A stretch of DNA of 64,000 nucleotides from a virus. The notes under the pieces were generated by a model. That model saw only the letters and a program-made list of their open reading frames with translations, was not told the DNA's origin and did no database searches. The stretch covers positions 1 through 64,000 of the IMG/VR virus record IMGVR_UViG_3300042518_001429; one strand, written 5' to 3'. The position numbers were made by a program, and so were the translations under genes. Shown here in pieces: positions 44,373 to 55,709 of this stretch (positions are counted from its first letter, which is position 1; each line of letters starts with the position of its first letter).

Positions 44373-44398
44373 ACGGCCCCTTACGGGGCCGTCTTTTT
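44373..44398. terminator. intrinsic terminator hairpin
   Basis: ACGGCCCC-TTAC-GGGGCCGT with adjacent T-tracts on both strands. Confidence 0.8.
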
Positions 44399-44416
44399 AA
44401 TTTCTGTTAATAATTC

Positions 44417-45208
44417 TTATTTGAAGAATTCGCCCTTTTTGACGTTACCTACTTCAGCTTTACCTTTTGGATTTTGAAGTGCTTTGTCAAATGATTTAGC
44501 AGGCTTGAGTTCTGGATCTGATTCAACATCACCGCCGTGAGCTTTACCGCCGTGAGGTTTTACTGATCCGGCTTTGTTGTTCTTGTTTTGAAGAACTTTA
44601 CTCTTATCGCCGAGCGGCTTTAATTCAGTAGCTTCACCCATTGGCTTCTCTTCTTCTTTTTCTTCTGATTCTACTTCTTCTTCAGCTGATTCGTCACCGA
44701 ATTCCATCTCAGCTTCGTCTTCTTTTTCTTCTGAACCAGCCTCGTCAGTTACTTTATCGAGAATTGTTTGAAGCTTACCCATAAGATCTTTAAGATCTGA
44801 AACGAGATCTGACACTTCATCAGCTTCACCTTCGAGCTCGTCTACCATCTCTTCGTTTGAGGTTGGTACTTCAACTTCCATTGAATCAGCGGCCATATCT
44901 TCCATCATGTCTTCGTTGATTGTGGCTTTGAAAAGCTTTTCAAATGAACCTTCAAATGACTTCTTAGGAGCTTCTTCTACTGAATCCTTAAGAACTTTTG
45001 GAGCAGCAGCTTTAACGTCTGTGCCTTCAGCTTCTTCTGGCTTTTCAACGTCTTTAACCTTATCTGGGCCTTGGCCTGATACTGGTTGTGCTTTCTTACC
45101 GTGAATCATTGCGTCTAATTCTTTTTCGCCTTTAACTTTGTTAGAAGGAACTGATTCAGAAACTAGAACCTTTGATGCATAGATTTCTTCGAGAGGATTT
45201 TTCTTCAT
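44417..45208 (-). CDS. acidic/Lys-rich protein, probable prohead core/internal protein
   Basis: E/K-rich, own late promoter and terminator. Confidence 0.65.
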   Translation of the reverse strand: MKKNPLEEIYASKVLVSESVPSNKVKGEKELDAMIHGKKAQPVSGQGPDKVKDVEKPEEAEGTDVKAAAPKVLKDSVEEAPKKSFEGSFEKLFKATINEDMMEDMAADSMEVEVPTSNEEMVDELEGEADEVSDLVSDLKDLMGKLQTILDKVTDEAGSEEKEDEAEMEFGDESAEEEVESEEKEEEKPMGEATELKPLGDKSKVLQNKNNKAGSVKPHGGKAHGGDVESDPELKPAKSFDKALQNPKGKAEVGNVKKGEFFK

Positions 45209-45244
45209 ATGTTGTAATTATATTTATTCTAGAGGGGGAGATTT

Positions 45245-45490
45245 TTAAGGTATAATAAGTGTAGAAAGAGTTAAAAAGGTTGTACTTAAAGAATTATATG
45301 TAGTACCTACGGCCCCAATACCTGTTAAAGTTTGTATAAGTGTGTTATGCTGGTTTTTTAATAATATATTAGATGCACTTACCGCTAAAATAGCGTTATT
45401 TAAGTTAACGTAATTACTGTTAATTGTAGGGAGTGTGTCTCCCATACATTGATCTTCATTTATTTCTGTTACAAAGGTATATACTGCCAT
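45245..45490 (-). CDS. small structural protein with fibre-anchor-like N-terminus
   Basis: I...QCMGDTL..INSNY..L motif shared with 45499 and 34215 genes. Confidence 0.65.
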   Translation of the reverse strand: MAVYTFVTEINEDQCMGDTLPTINSNYVNLNNAILAVSASNILLKNQHNTLIQTLTGIGAVGTTYNSLSTTFLTLSTLIIP

Positions 45491-45498
45491 ATTGTTAT

Positions 45499-46041
45499 TT
45501 AGTTATTAAAGAATGTTAAGCAAATAAGAGAAGGATCAATAGCAGCTCCTTGTAAGTTGCGTACAATAATTCGGCAGCTTTGATTACCCGGGCTAGGGAA
45601 CGGATTAGTTGGATGTAAATTTATAACTCCAGTATAATCTGTACCGGTTGTACCTGGTGGTAGTGGGGACGTTATACCACATACAGAGAATTCATTACCG
45701 ATAGGGCTCGTTAATGTTGTAAGATATATACCCGTATCTTCTCGCAAGACACTTGCAACATTATAGCTGTTTTCTATTTTACGATTAGTATTAAGAGAGT
45801 CAGGGGCACCGCTTGAATTTTGCCGCGGGTTGAACTTTACCCAGGCTTTTGCAAGTTGGGCTGTAGATATAGAATTGAAAAAAGTTGTTAAGGTATTTAG
45901 TGTGCTATTAATCGTTGTAAGATCTGTATTAACACTTGTAAAAGAGTTTTTAATATTATCATAATTTGTGTTGATTGTAACGAGAGAGTTACCAACACAT
46001 TCAGTTTTAGGTATTACGGTTATTGCGGGTACGGTAGCCAT
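45499..46041 (-). CDS. short fibre protein
   Basis: ECVGNSL..IN.NY motif, coiled coil, AKAWVKF...SYNVASV....TG.Y C-terminal domain. Confidence 0.7.
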   Translation of the reverse strand: MATVPAITVIPKTECVGNSLVTINTNYDNIKNSFTSVNTDLTTINSTLNTLTTFFNSISTAQLAKAWVKFNPRQNSSGAPDSLNTNRKIENSYNVASVLREDTGIYLTTLTSPIGNEFSVCGITSPLPPGTTGTDYTGVINLHPTNPFPSPGNQSCRIIVRNLQGAAIDPSLICLTFFNN

Positions 46042-46057
46042 TCTATGTTATATTTAT

Positions 46058-49000
46058 TTAACAGTTTGTTTTATAGTATTCCAATAAAGTATTAAAATTA
46101 CTCCAAAGATAGTTTAAAGCTCTATTAACTACAGTGCTGGTTACTATTTCATTTTGACCAATTGTTATTTCTTCTTTGCTATAGATAGGTGGTTTATACC
46201 TTTTACATGTACCTGTATCGTTGTAAAGTAGAGTGTTTCGAAATATTTCTATATTATCCCAAAGCCTATGCAAAACTTTCGTGTAAACCCAGTTCTGTAC
46301 ATACTCTTCTTGGTGTATTAAAAGATCATTCAATGACCAGTACTGAGGGGGTAACGGAGATTTTAAAGGAATAAGGGTCATGGTATCAACAAATTTTAGT
46401 ATCTTGTCGTCGTTAGCTACTAGTAAGTTTCTATATTCATCATGAAAAAGACTATTAATATTATCTACACACTCCTTATTATTGATAATAGTGCCACTAT
46501 AATTACCGGTTCTAAAATGTCTAACAACTTGAGATCTACTAGCAATATATATCATTTCCCGGTTATAACTGGCTGCTATTTTTCTTAAACTACCTAAAGT
46601 TATAACAGGTTCACCAGGCGTGTACTCAAACAAGAAGGTACCACGATACGTATAAACTCTTATAACTTTACCGGTCATTACGTGTACATTATTTTGAGAG
46701 TCGACACAAACGTCGAGTGGTGCATCCGTTTTAAAGTAACTATCGTCTCTTAAAGTAAATAACCAGCTACCGGTATTTGTATATTGTTTTAATACGAAGT
46801 TGCCTGAATCGACTACCCACACAGTATCGTGCTGGTCTATATGTATATTTGTCGGATTTAAAAATTTTGTTTTAGATAAAGATCCGCCTACTCCACCAAA
46901 AGTTGTAAATAGTGTCCAGCGTTCCCCAGGCGCGGCTTTATTGTAGTTATAAATAGCAATTTGAGAAAGTGTTGAATCGAGAATAAAGATTTTTTGCTCA
47001 CTATCCAGAGCTATGCTCTTAATATTAACAAAAGGTGTTGCTTGATTAAATGTTGTTCTTATGTCAAAAAATGTAGCTGCTCGATTCGAAGATAGTAATT
47101 TTACTTGTGTATCAAGTGCTGTATATATAATATTTTTATAAGATGCTATGCTATTATATGAACATCTATTTTGAGAATAGCAATTAGGTATCGGGTCGTA
47201 ATATAAGTTAAGACCAGGTAAATCGATATTCCATGTACCTTCATCACAGTTCGCATTGGTGAAGGTTTCACATTCTTCTAATGGCTGTCTCCATTTTTTT
47301 GAATAACTACCTGATAAACTTGTATCCTTCCATGTTACAAGTGCTGTGGCATTTTCGCTCTTGCGTGATGCCCAACGCCACTCCAAGCAATACCTGCCTA
47401 AACAATTAGGTACAACCGACGAGAGGGTGCATGTCTGTAAGTCCCAAGTACCACAACTTGCAAAAGATCCAGTTTCATTAATATTAACAAATTCTCCACC
47501 TGTGAGTGCTACTACTCCTGCAGACATTAACTCACTCCATGAAACATAATACTCATTTTCAGGAATAGAACAATCTACATCCTCCCAAGTCCAAACCGGA
47601 CAGGCGGTTACGTTTTGTATTACGGTTGGCTCCATACCTAACCAACCATAATATTCATTATACGTATCTCGATAAACATTACTTCGTTTGTTTAGATAAT
47701 CTAAATTATCATAAAACATTTTAATACATGAATTAATATTATCACTTACAACCCAATCATTAGATCCAATATAAGGTTGTGTCTTCCATGGCAAATTAAT
47801 TAGAATTTTATCAAAATTATAATATGCTTCTGTTTCGATAGTATCATAACTTGTAACAACCTTTATTATGTTAGGAAACGTCTGTGTAAAATTCTCTGAA
47901 TAGTATTGGGAATAACCTGTGATAGTAATATTTTTATCACCTATAGAAGAATAAGAAACAGTGAAGCTTTGCTTAATGTCGTCTCCTGTTAAGAAAATTG
48001 TTTCGTCATCTACATCATCTAATACTATTTTTACAGCTGAAAGAGAATTACCTACATTAAGAAATAAATTTTCAAAAGTAACAGGTTCATTAAGTAGCAC
48101 ATACTTATTAGGTGTATAAACATATAGTTTGTATGGCTCAATAACTGTAAAATTATATACATCTTTAAAAATGGTTTCCTTTGTGGGCCAATCACTAATA
48201 CCATAATTTGTAATAGCAATAGGTATGTTGCAATATAGTTTACGTTCTACAGCTAAGGTTACATTTGTGTTACTAAAACGGCTTACAGTAAATCCAGGTA
48301 ATTCAGGTGTTAAACTGCCACCATAACCAGATAGTTGTAGGGAGAAGTTAAATGTACTACTATTATTATCTAAAGGTATATCGGTCCATCTATCAAATGG
48401 AGTATATGCTGATAGTGTCCAAACTGAAGATGAAAGTGTGCAGGTAACAGGAGACGATCCTGATAGTTCACTTATCCCCTGAACGGACCAAAATTTTGGA
48501 TATGTACCTGAGCACTCTACTGTAGCCCAAGTAGAGGGCCGTGGAAATGTTGTACCAGCACTACAGCCTTCAAATGTACTCCATTTCCATATAGTATCAA
48601 ATTTATCATAACAAGCAGATAGAGCATTGAGATTGTTAACAATAACATCGTAAATAGCTGAAAAATCTTTAAGAGAGCCGTTTAAAGGCAAGTAAACAGA
48701 GGGCCCTGTACCTGGGTCAAAGTAAGTAACGGAAACAACATCATAAGGATTAACAGATATACTCTGTTTATACTTCGTATTACCAGATAACTCATTTCCT
48801 GAAAAATCAACTGTAGAGGTGTAAAATGGGTAATATAGTTTACTGCCTGTCGCATCATCATAATAAGAAATTGGACCCGTAGATGAAATATATGTATTAT
48901 TGGTATCAGAAATTAATAGTGAAATAGGTAATTTAGGATAAAAATCTTGTTTTGAAGTGATAGTAGCTACTGCAGTATTATTAGTATCTTCAACAATATT

Positions 49001-49915
49001 GTATTCATCTAATGAATTATTAACTCTCCATGTGTAGTTATACGCTCCAACGTTGGCTGCACTCAATACAATTCTTTCAGTGTGCCCTTCACCATAAAAG
49101 CAAACACCAGGAGATAGTGTATAATTACTAGCATTCAGGTACGTTAAAGTGGTAGAATTTACAAAATATGCAGTCGGGTAAGCTATAAATGTAGCTGTCG
49201 GGAAGGTAGGTACAAAATATACCTTTAACTCTTTTTCTATAGAGTGTGCACTAAACCACGGATATAAAGATCCAGGGGCCGACAACGCCGTTAAAGTGGC
49301 CTGTACACTACTTAGGCCAGGACTGTTGCGTAGAAATTCATATTTAGCGGAAGCTAAATAATTTTTAGTAGAATTATTGTTAATGTTAAACCATGCAGCG
49401 TGGGTGCTAGAGGTAATTGTGTTCGATAAGGTATAATTTGTACTAAAAAGTTTTATATTAGCCGTTAGTGTGCTAGTAGAAGTGGTTCTATAAAATAGCG
49501 TATCAGTATCAGTGTTTTGATAGTTTATAAACAAATTAAAGTCTATATCTGGAAAGGTGTCGTATTGCAAACTGTATGATGTAGTTTGAACAGCTAAACT
49601 ATCACTATAACTGGCACAGCTTAAATTAAGTGTGCAAAGAGTGTAGTTAGTTGTTTTATAATCATAGCGGTCAGCTGAGAAATAAAAATAAAGAGTGCCG
49701 ATTGATGATACAGGAGCTACAAAATCGGCTGCTATAGAGCTACCTTGAGGTGTTAGTGCATAAGCCTGGCCTGGATAATTCCACGAAATTAAATTCGAGC
49801 CAGATGCTCGAACGGTTGCAGAACCGTTTGTATTCATAACAGTAGCAGTCAAACTACGAACAAAAGGACTGTTATTAAACCTTATAGCTGATATTGAAAT
49901 ATTTGTTAACTGCAT
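46058..49915 (-). CDS. large structural protein with PKD-like and NHL beta-propeller domains
   Basis: FLNPTNIHID...VWVVDSGN, PLDVCVDS NHL repeats; Trp/Cys-rich modules. Confidence 0.75.
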   Translation of the reverse strand: MQLTNISISAIRFNNSPFVRSLTATVMNTNGSATVRASGSNLISWNYPGQAYALTPQGSSIAADFVAPVSSIGTLYFYFSADRYDYKTTNYTLCTLNLSCASYSDSLAVQTTSYSLQYDTFPDIDFNLFINYQNTDTDTLFYRTTSTSTLTANIKLFSTNYTLSNTITSSTHAAWFNINNNSTKNYLASAKYEFLRNSPGLSSVQATLTALSAPGSLYPWFSAHSIEKELKVYFVPTFPTATFIAYPTAYFVNSTTLTYLNASNYTLSPGVCFYGEGHTERIVLSAANVGAYNYTWRVNNSLDEYNIVEDTNNTAVATITSKQDFYPKLPISLLISDTNNTYISSTGPISYYDDATGSKLYYPFYTSTVDFSGNELSGNTKYKQSISVNPYDVVSVTYFDPGTGPSVYLPLNGSLKDFSAIYDVIVNNLNALSACYDKFDTIWKWSTFEGCSAGTTFPRPSTWATVECSGTYPKFWSVQGISELSGSSPVTCTLSSSVWTLSAYTPFDRWTDIPLDNNSSTFNFSLQLSGYGGSLTPELPGFTVSRFSNTNVTLAVERKLYCNIPIAITNYGISDWPTKETIFKDVYNFTVIEPYKLYVYTPNKYVLLNEPVTFENLFLNVGNSLSAVKIVLDDVDDETIFLTGDDIKQSFTVSYSSIGDKNITITGYSQYYSENFTQTFPNIIKVVTSYDTIETEAYYNFDKILINLPWKTQPYIGSNDWVVSDNINSCIKMFYDNLDYLNKRSNVYRDTYNEYYGWLGMEPTVIQNVTACPVWTWEDVDCSIPENEYYVSWSELMSAGVVALTGGEFVNINETGSFASCGTWDLQTCTLSSVVPNCLGRYCLEWRWASRKSENATALVTWKDTSLSGSYSKKWRQPLEECETFTNANCDEGTWNIDLPGLNLYYDPIPNCYSQNRCSYNSIASYKNIIYTALDTQVKLLSSNRAATFFDIRTTFNQATPFVNIKSIALDSEQKIFILDSTLSQIAIYNYNKAAPGERWTLFTTFGGVGGSLSKTKFLNPTNIHIDQHDTVWVVDSGNFVLKQYTNTGSWLFTLRDDSYFKTDAPLDVCVDSQNNVHVMTGKVIRVYTYRGTFLFEYTPGEPVITLGSLRKIAASYNREMIYIASRSQVVRHFRTGNYSGTIINNKECVDNINSLFHDEYRNLLVANDDKILKFVDTMTLIPLKSPLPPQYWSLNDLLIHQEEYVQNWVYTKVLHRLWDNIEIFRNTLLYNDTGTCKRYKPPIYSKEEITIGQNEIVTSTVVNRALNYLWSNFNTLLEYYKTNC

Positions 49916-49934
49916 TGATAATATTTAGTATGTG

Positions 49935-52403
49935 TTAATCCCATTTAATACTGAGCAGTTCGGTATTTTTGGGTATTATTTCAAGTAAAGCAGCTCTAAT
50001 ATCATTTTCTATAGTTTCTTTTAATTGCGGATCTGAAATTTCAGATTGATTAATTTTAATATTAAAATAGTTACTCTTATGACCTGGTACGCGGTGTTTA
50101 AAAAATCTATCTATTGACTCAACATACTGTAATGGGGCAGTAATTATATTCCAGATCATATCATCACCTTGTATTTTTTCCTTTATAAAATACTGTATAA
50201 GGGACTCATCAATAGCATAATCGTAAATCCTTATAGTATCAATATAGCCGTCCCATATTAATGATTGGGAGTTTATTTCTTTATTGAGATTTTCTGATTT
50301 ACCTGTGGGGCAACCAATGAATAAGTTGTTTTTGAAAATATAATTTAAATCTAAGTTAAAATCTAAGTTAATAGTATCTCTTAGATAGTTATCAATATAT
50401 AGGTTTAGCTGTTTATTTTTTAATGTTACAACAATAAGATGCCATTCGTTGTTAACTAATTGTGAGACTGGTACTGATATTTTATAGATTGTATTTTTAT
50501 TTGGCAATTCAGAGGAATTGACTGCAATTTTAAATTGCATTTGGGTATTGTTGTTATATTTTATTTTATGAAATATGCGTTTCCATTCGTAACCGGTAAA
50601 GTCCCCTTTACTTAAAAAAGTTAACGCGTCTCTGTCTTGTCGAGCAGTTTCTGTTTCTAAAATGTTAAGCTTTTGTGGTAAAAATATTGCCTGCTTTACA
50701 ACACCGTCTAGCGTTACTTGATAAAGAGTTTTTTCATTGCTATGATAAATCATGGCGTACCAGGTTTTAACACCTGTTGATCTTGTATAACTATAAATAA
50801 AGCTAATATTCTTAGTATCGGTAGTCGTTGCATCAGTGCCTACATAAAACGTTGACTTAATTTGTTTAGTGTTAGTATCAACTTTATAAACCAAATTTGT
50901 ACCAGCTAATACCCATAAGTCGTTGTTTGGATCTATGTGAATGTTTGTAGCATTTGATACACTAGAAAATATAGTATTATCATAATAGAGCTGACCAGAC
51001 AAGCTTATATACCATTTAGTATTATTAGAATCATACTTAACATCTAGACAGTTTGCTTGTCTAATAAGTTCGTTATTAAAATTAAAACAAATTTGTTCAT
51101 TTTCAATATAAGGTTGACTTGAAAGATATGATGTCAAGATTAAATCTTGATCAAACGTATAGGTACCTGAAGTTGTAATAACTATTGTGTTGTTATTACC
51201 ATCTAATATTGATAGTTTTGGAATACCGTTCATACCAACAGTAGTATTGTTTTGATCCCGAATTAATGCTTGAACTTCCCCTAAATGATTAAATTTATAA
51301 ACTTTATATGAAGTATTTTGTAGATTATTACCTGATTGACCTTCGACGCCAATCAACTCACTTTCACCATTAATATGAACATTAAAGAAGTTAATTGGCT
51401 GACCTAAAATGACTTGAGAATTTTTTTCGTTATATATTTGACTTTCTTGATTGAATAGAAAGAAGTGTCCGTAGGTAGTTTCAGAAACTACAAAGAAAGG
51501 GTAATATTTTAAATCATCAAAAAATAAACTATACCCCCCTCGATTAAGATTACCTACGAGCTGAGTACTTGGAGACTCTGACCAATCTTTACTTTTAACC
51601 CAAAATGCTATTGAAAATTCATTTTTTAAATTATAACTGTTATCGTGCGGTATTTGGCAGTTTATAAAATCATTATTGTCAAAAGATAGAATATTACGAT
51701 CAATATATCCGGGGGTTAGTTCTTTATATACCCAATTTGATGAAAAATTCTCTATAATAGCACTATTATTGTAAATCGATTTATCAAGCGGGGTAGCACC
51801 CCAATCATCAATTTCTAAACGAAGACGGGAGCTGTCATTACCTGCAAAAGTTTTTATAAATTCTGCCGCTGTTTTTTCACCTTGATGAAAGTATTGATAC
51901 CAAACACCTGATTCTAATGTTAAAGTAGACGGAACGTCATAGTAAATAGGGTCATGTTTTTGATATGTTAAAAGATTTATTCCTTGTGATAAAGCTTCTT
52001 GGTATGATAAATTACCAGGATTATAATACCGGTCAAGCCATTTAGGCGATTCTGATGATACAGCATAAAGCCATGAACAAAGCCAAGTGCCATCTTGTCT
52101 TTGGGTTGTATTGCCCCATGGGGTGCTATTACTATAGTCTCCTAATTTTTTAAATATTTTATCGGCTCCAGCAGGTATGGGCCCGGGAATTGCGCCGGCA
52201 CCTATAAGATCACTATCTTGAATGTGTTGTGTTTCAGCAAAAAAAGGAACGTGAAAAAATGTTGTTTGATCTTTTTTTAAAGTAACTTCGGTAGTTGAAG
52301 CCTCATAACCTAAATGTAGTTTTTCATTATTTTGCTCTTGGTTAGTTCCAGCAAAAATTTTATAATACTCTCTTTGTGTTATATGAGATTCAATATGGGA
52401 CAT
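49935..52403 (-). CDS. LamG/concanavalin-like domain structural protein
   Basis: FSIAFWVK...NEWHLIVVT...LYID...GYIDTIRIYDYAI; start moved to ATG 52403 (MSHIESH). Confidence 0.75.
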   Translation of the reverse strand: MSHIESHITQREYYKIFAGTNQEQNNEKLHLGYEASTTEVTLKKDQTTFFHVPFFAETQHIQDSDLIGAGAIPGPIPAGADKIFKKLGDYSNSTPWGNTTQRQDGTWLCSWLYAVSSESPKWLDRYYNPGNLSYQEALSQGINLLTYQKHDPIYYDVPSTLTLESGVWYQYFHQGEKTAAEFIKTFAGNDSSRLRLEIDDWGATPLDKSIYNNSAIIENFSSNWVYKELTPGYIDRNILSFDNNDFINCQIPHDNSYNLKNEFSIAFWVKSKDWSESPSTQLVGNLNRGGYSLFFDDLKYYPFFVVSETTYGHFFLFNQESQIYNEKNSQVILGQPINFFNVHINGESELIGVEGQSGNNLQNTSYKVYKFNHLGEVQALIRDQNNTTVGMNGIPKLSILDGNNNTIVITTSGTYTFDQDLILTSYLSSQPYIENEQICFNFNNELIRQANCLDVKYDSNNTKWYISLSGQLYYDNTIFSSVSNATNIHIDPNNDLWVLAGTNLVYKVDTNTKQIKSTFYVGTDATTTDTKNISFIYSYTRSTGVKTWYAMIYHSNEKTLYQVTLDGVVKQAIFLPQKLNILETETARQDRDALTFLSKGDFTGYEWKRIFHKIKYNNNTQMQFKIAVNSSELPNKNTIYKISVPVSQLVNNEWHLIVVTLKNKQLNLYIDNYLRDTINLDFNLDLNYIFKNNLFIGCPTGKSENLNKEINSQSLIWDGYIDTIRIYDYAIDESLIQYFIKEKIQGDDMIWNIITAPLQYVESIDRFFKHRVPGHKSNYFNIKINQSEISDPQLKETIENDIRAALLEIIPKNTELLSIKWD

Positions 52404-52404
52404 A

Positions 52405-53319
52405 TTAGTTTGTTGCAGAAACAGTTTTTGTATAACTATTGTTAATTGTTGGTAAGCCTCCACCTGGGGTTACTACATTTTTAAGATTAGCTATATTTAT
52501 ATTTGTATTATTGTTATTAATATCTTCAAATGTAAAACTTAACAAAAAGTTATTTGGGTTATTATCAACTTTTTTATTAACTATTAAATTTTTATTATTA
52601 GCACCACTTTCAAAATCAAAATAATAAGTTAGATAATCATTAACCGGAATAAATCCGTAAACCCCGGTGTTAACTGCTACATACTCAACATTAAAAATAT
52701 AATCATTCAAAATAGTGTTATTTAAAATTGTGCCAGTGGCACGAAGCACGCCATCAGTACAAAAACCTAAATACCGGTAACCTGAATCTGTTTTAGTCTT
52801 TAAAGAAATTGTGTTATTTTGAATATTAATAATAAATCTCTGCCTATATATACTTTCGGGATCTAATGTTTTATCATTTAGAATTATTTCGTACGGGTAG
52901 TTTTCTTTAACTTGAATATATTTTTTTTCAACCTTAAGTTCGACCTCGTTGGTGCCTGAGACTGGTTGTATATATATTTGACTAGCAGATGGAGAAAGAT
53001 ATAAAGAATTTAAAAACGGATTGTAAGAGACGTAACTTATATCAGAGTTACGATCTCTCAATATAACAGAACCGAAAAAGTTGTTTTCAAATAATTTTGT
53101 AGTAAAAAACGCACTTAAGTTTAATGAAGAAGTTAGTACTAAACATGTATCGTTATTAAACGATACATCTTGAAATTGATTTGTACCCTCTAAAACTAGT
53201 GTATTAAGACCTGTGTCGTAAGTTATTTGCTGTTTTAGCAAAGGCTCTGTGCTATTATAACTATAATTTAAATTTATAGGTTTTAAAGCCGATAATGACT
53301 TATATACAATATTTGACAT
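52405..53319 (-). CDS. hypothetical structural protein (N-rich)
   Basis: 304-aa ORF in structural operon. Confidence 0.7.
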   Translation of the reverse strand: MSNIVYKSLSALKPINLNYSYNSTEPLLKQQITYDTGLNTLVLEGTNQFQDVSFNNDTCLVLTSSLNLSAFFTTKLFENNFFGSVILRDRNSDISYVSYNPFLNSLYLSPSASQIYIQPVSGTNEVELKVEKKYIQVKENYPYEIILNDKTLDPESIYRQRFIINIQNNTISLKTKTDSGYRYLGFCTDGVLRATGTILNNTILNDYIFNVEYVAVNTGVYGFIPVNDYLTYYFDFESGANNKNLIVNKKVDNNPNNFLLSFTFEDINNNNTNINIANLKNVVTPGGGLPTINNSYTKTVSATN

Positions 53320-53342
53320 ACCCTATATTACTTATTAGGTAT

Positions 53343-55688
53343 TTAATTTTGATTACCGAAACAAATAATATTATTCCTATAAAAATCGTAAAACTGTAAT
53401 GAACCATCATTTAAAATAGTTCTAATACCGAGATTTTTATCATCTTGAACATCAAGCCTTATATCCCTCTGTATTGTTGCAGTGTAGGGTTGTCCAGATA
53501 AGGATGGTGGTAATATGGCTGTACCTGCAAAACCGTAGTATACAGGGTTTATAAACCCGGTCTCAAAGTTTAATATATGGGTACCTGTATCAACATATGT
53601 AACTCTAGGTATCTTAAAGTTATCATCTACACGACAAAAACGTAGAATCACGTTTCCGCTAACCGATTGTAAGGTATTAGTGCTTAAAGTATAACTTGTT
53701 ACGTTATTAGGTATACTTTGAATAACATACAAACCAGATGGCTGCGCTACATACGACCCGCTTCCTAAAGGTACCCCTGTTAAAAATTGAGCATTAACTA
53801 TATGCCCTGTCTCGAGTTTATGTGTTGAATTAAAGAAAAGTTCATCAAATTTAATATTTACATTACCAGATGCATACTGTACAATACTACTGGAGATATA
53901 TATTGTAGCAGTTGCTGGTGTAGGGAATTCCAGTAATCGATCTAAAACTATATATGAACCGCTAGGTAGAGATGTATATGTACCTGTAATAGCTTGTTCA
54001 TTTGAAAATGTAGCTGTAAGAGGTGTGCCGGTAAGCAAATTATACTCTAAAAAGGTATTTAAATCCTCGCTAAAGCTTGTTAATACAATACTAATAGTGG
54101 CGCTGCTATCTTGTTGAAATTCGCAAAACTTATCACCAATTCTCATCCCACTTAATTCTTGCACTGTTACAATAATTTGATCGCTTTCGGTTGTACTTGT
54201 GCCTTGTGTATAGGTACCAGTTAGATTATTAAATACTGTAGTATAAACTACCCAAGGTGGTGGTAGTGTTAGGACCGTATTAGTAACTTCCATTGTAACG
54301 TTTTCACTACCATCAAAAGCTACTTGACCTATTGCATCACCGGTGAGCTGTAAAACTTTGGCGTTTTGTAATTTTGAAGCTGTACTTGAATTACCTTTAA
54401 GATTTGCAGTTACTTCAATAGCTGATAAATTACCTGCTGAGTCTCTATTAACAAGTGTATTTGGGATTGCTGCAGCATAGGCTGTGGTTTTCTGTAAAGT
54501 AACGGCACCGTCTAATATTTTTGTGGTGGTTATTGCACTATCTACTATTTTAGATGTTGTAACAGAGTCAGAAGAAAGCTTAACTGTTGTTATGGCATTA
54601 TCAGCTATTTTTTCCTCAGTAACTATTTCGTTACCTAACATAGGGTTAGTTATAGTTCCAGATAGAATAGAAAACTCTGTAGAGCTTAAACTCTGCCAAA
54701 CAGATGCAGAACCTGTACTTATAAGTACCTGACCTGATATAGAACCCGTGGTATCAATAGCTGTAGTAGAAACCTTTCCTTGAGATACAATTTGTGCTAA
54801 CTTTGTATCAGAAATATTTGCACTATTAGAAATATTATTATCTGTAACAACGCCTGTAGAAAGGGTTGTATATATAGTAATGTCTTGCGTGCCATCGATA
54901 GAAGTATTTCCGTAAATTTCACCACTCAAGGCAATACCTCTGACAGTGTTCCAACGGGATGAAGTTTCAGCATTACCTGAAAGATTGGCATAAACAATAC
55001 TTGCTAAAATATTATTCGTGGCTGAGATATTACCTGAAACTGTTAATACCTCATTTGGTGTAGTTGTATTAATACCAACTTTACCTGCACTTAAAACACT
55101 AACAACCTCCCCGATCGGTGTAGCTACTAAACCAATACCTGCTACTCCACCGATACGAGTAAATCCAGTAGAATCAGAAGCAATATATGACTCGTTCGAA
55201 TTTGTAGTTTGCGTTAGTTTTATATGTGCGCTTGTAGCATTAGTAGAAGCAGTATTATGTATATGAAGTTTATTTGTTGGTGTAGGTGTACCGACACCAA
55301 CATTTCCGGCAGATGTAATAGTGAAGGGCGTACTATCTGGGTTTGCACTATCTTCAACGACAAGGGCATTACCAGAACCTGTCTGTGTAATTCTTAAAGC
55401 GGTAGACAAACTATTAACATCTATAATTTGAGGTCCTGTTGAACTTAAAACATTTGTTTGAATATTAACCTGATTACCTACTAGTGAGATAATATTTTGA
55501 CTTGAAAGTGTGAATGTGTTAGAACTATAAGTTATTGGGTATGCTTGTTTAACAGCACAAAGAGCTGTATTGGTTAATGTTAACCCGGAAGCTCTGTTTG
55601 TTGTACTACCGCGTTGGACCGGTACGTAGTCCGTATCTTGGAAGGTTGTAATAACGGGTAATTGGGATATTTTAGTACCGGAAATCAT
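53343..55688 (-). CDS. tail fibre protein
   Basis: KISQLP N-terminus, GNVGVGT..P...LHI, VT..KI.D.AITT.K repeats, A.KL..A....LTGD..G.V.FDGS.NV. Confidence 0.8.
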   Translation of the reverse strand: MISGTKISQLPVITTFQDTDYVPVQRGSTTNRASGLTLTNTALCAVKQAYPITYSSNTFTLSSQNIISLVGNQVNIQTNVLSSTGPQIIDVNSLSTALRITQTGSGNALVVEDSANPDSTPFTITSAGNVGVGTPTPTNKLHIHNTASTNATSAHIKLTQTTNSNESYIASDSTGFTRIGGVAGIGLVATPIGEVVSVLSAGKVGINTTTPNEVLTVSGNISATNNILASIVYANLSGNAETSSRWNTVRGIALSGEIYGNTSIDGTQDITIYTTLSTGVVTDNNISNSANISDTKLAQIVSQGKVSTTAIDTTGSISGQVLISTGSASVWQSLSSTEFSILSGTITNPMLGNEIVTEEKIADNAITTVKLSSDSVTTSKIVDSAITTTKILDGAVTLQKTTAYAAAIPNTLVNRDSAGNLSAIEVTANLKGNSSTASKLQNAKVLQLTGDAIGQVAFDGSENVTMEVTNTVLTLPPPWVVYTTVFNNLTGTYTQGTSTTESDQIIVTVQELSGMRIGDKFCEFQQDSSATISIVLTSFSEDLNTFLEYNLLTGTPLTATFSNEQAITGTYTSLPSGSYIVLDRLLEFPTPATATIYISSSIVQYASGNVNIKFDELFFNSTHKLETGHIVNAQFLTGVPLGSGSYVAQPSGLYVIQSIPNNVTSYTLSTNTLQSVSGNVILRFCRVDDNFKIPRVTYVDTGTHILNFETGFINPVYYGFAGTAILPPSLSGQPYTATIQRDIRLDVQDDKNLGIRTILNDGSLQFYDFYRNNIICFGNQN

Positions 55689-55709
55689 ATATTAGAATAC
55701 TTATTGTTA

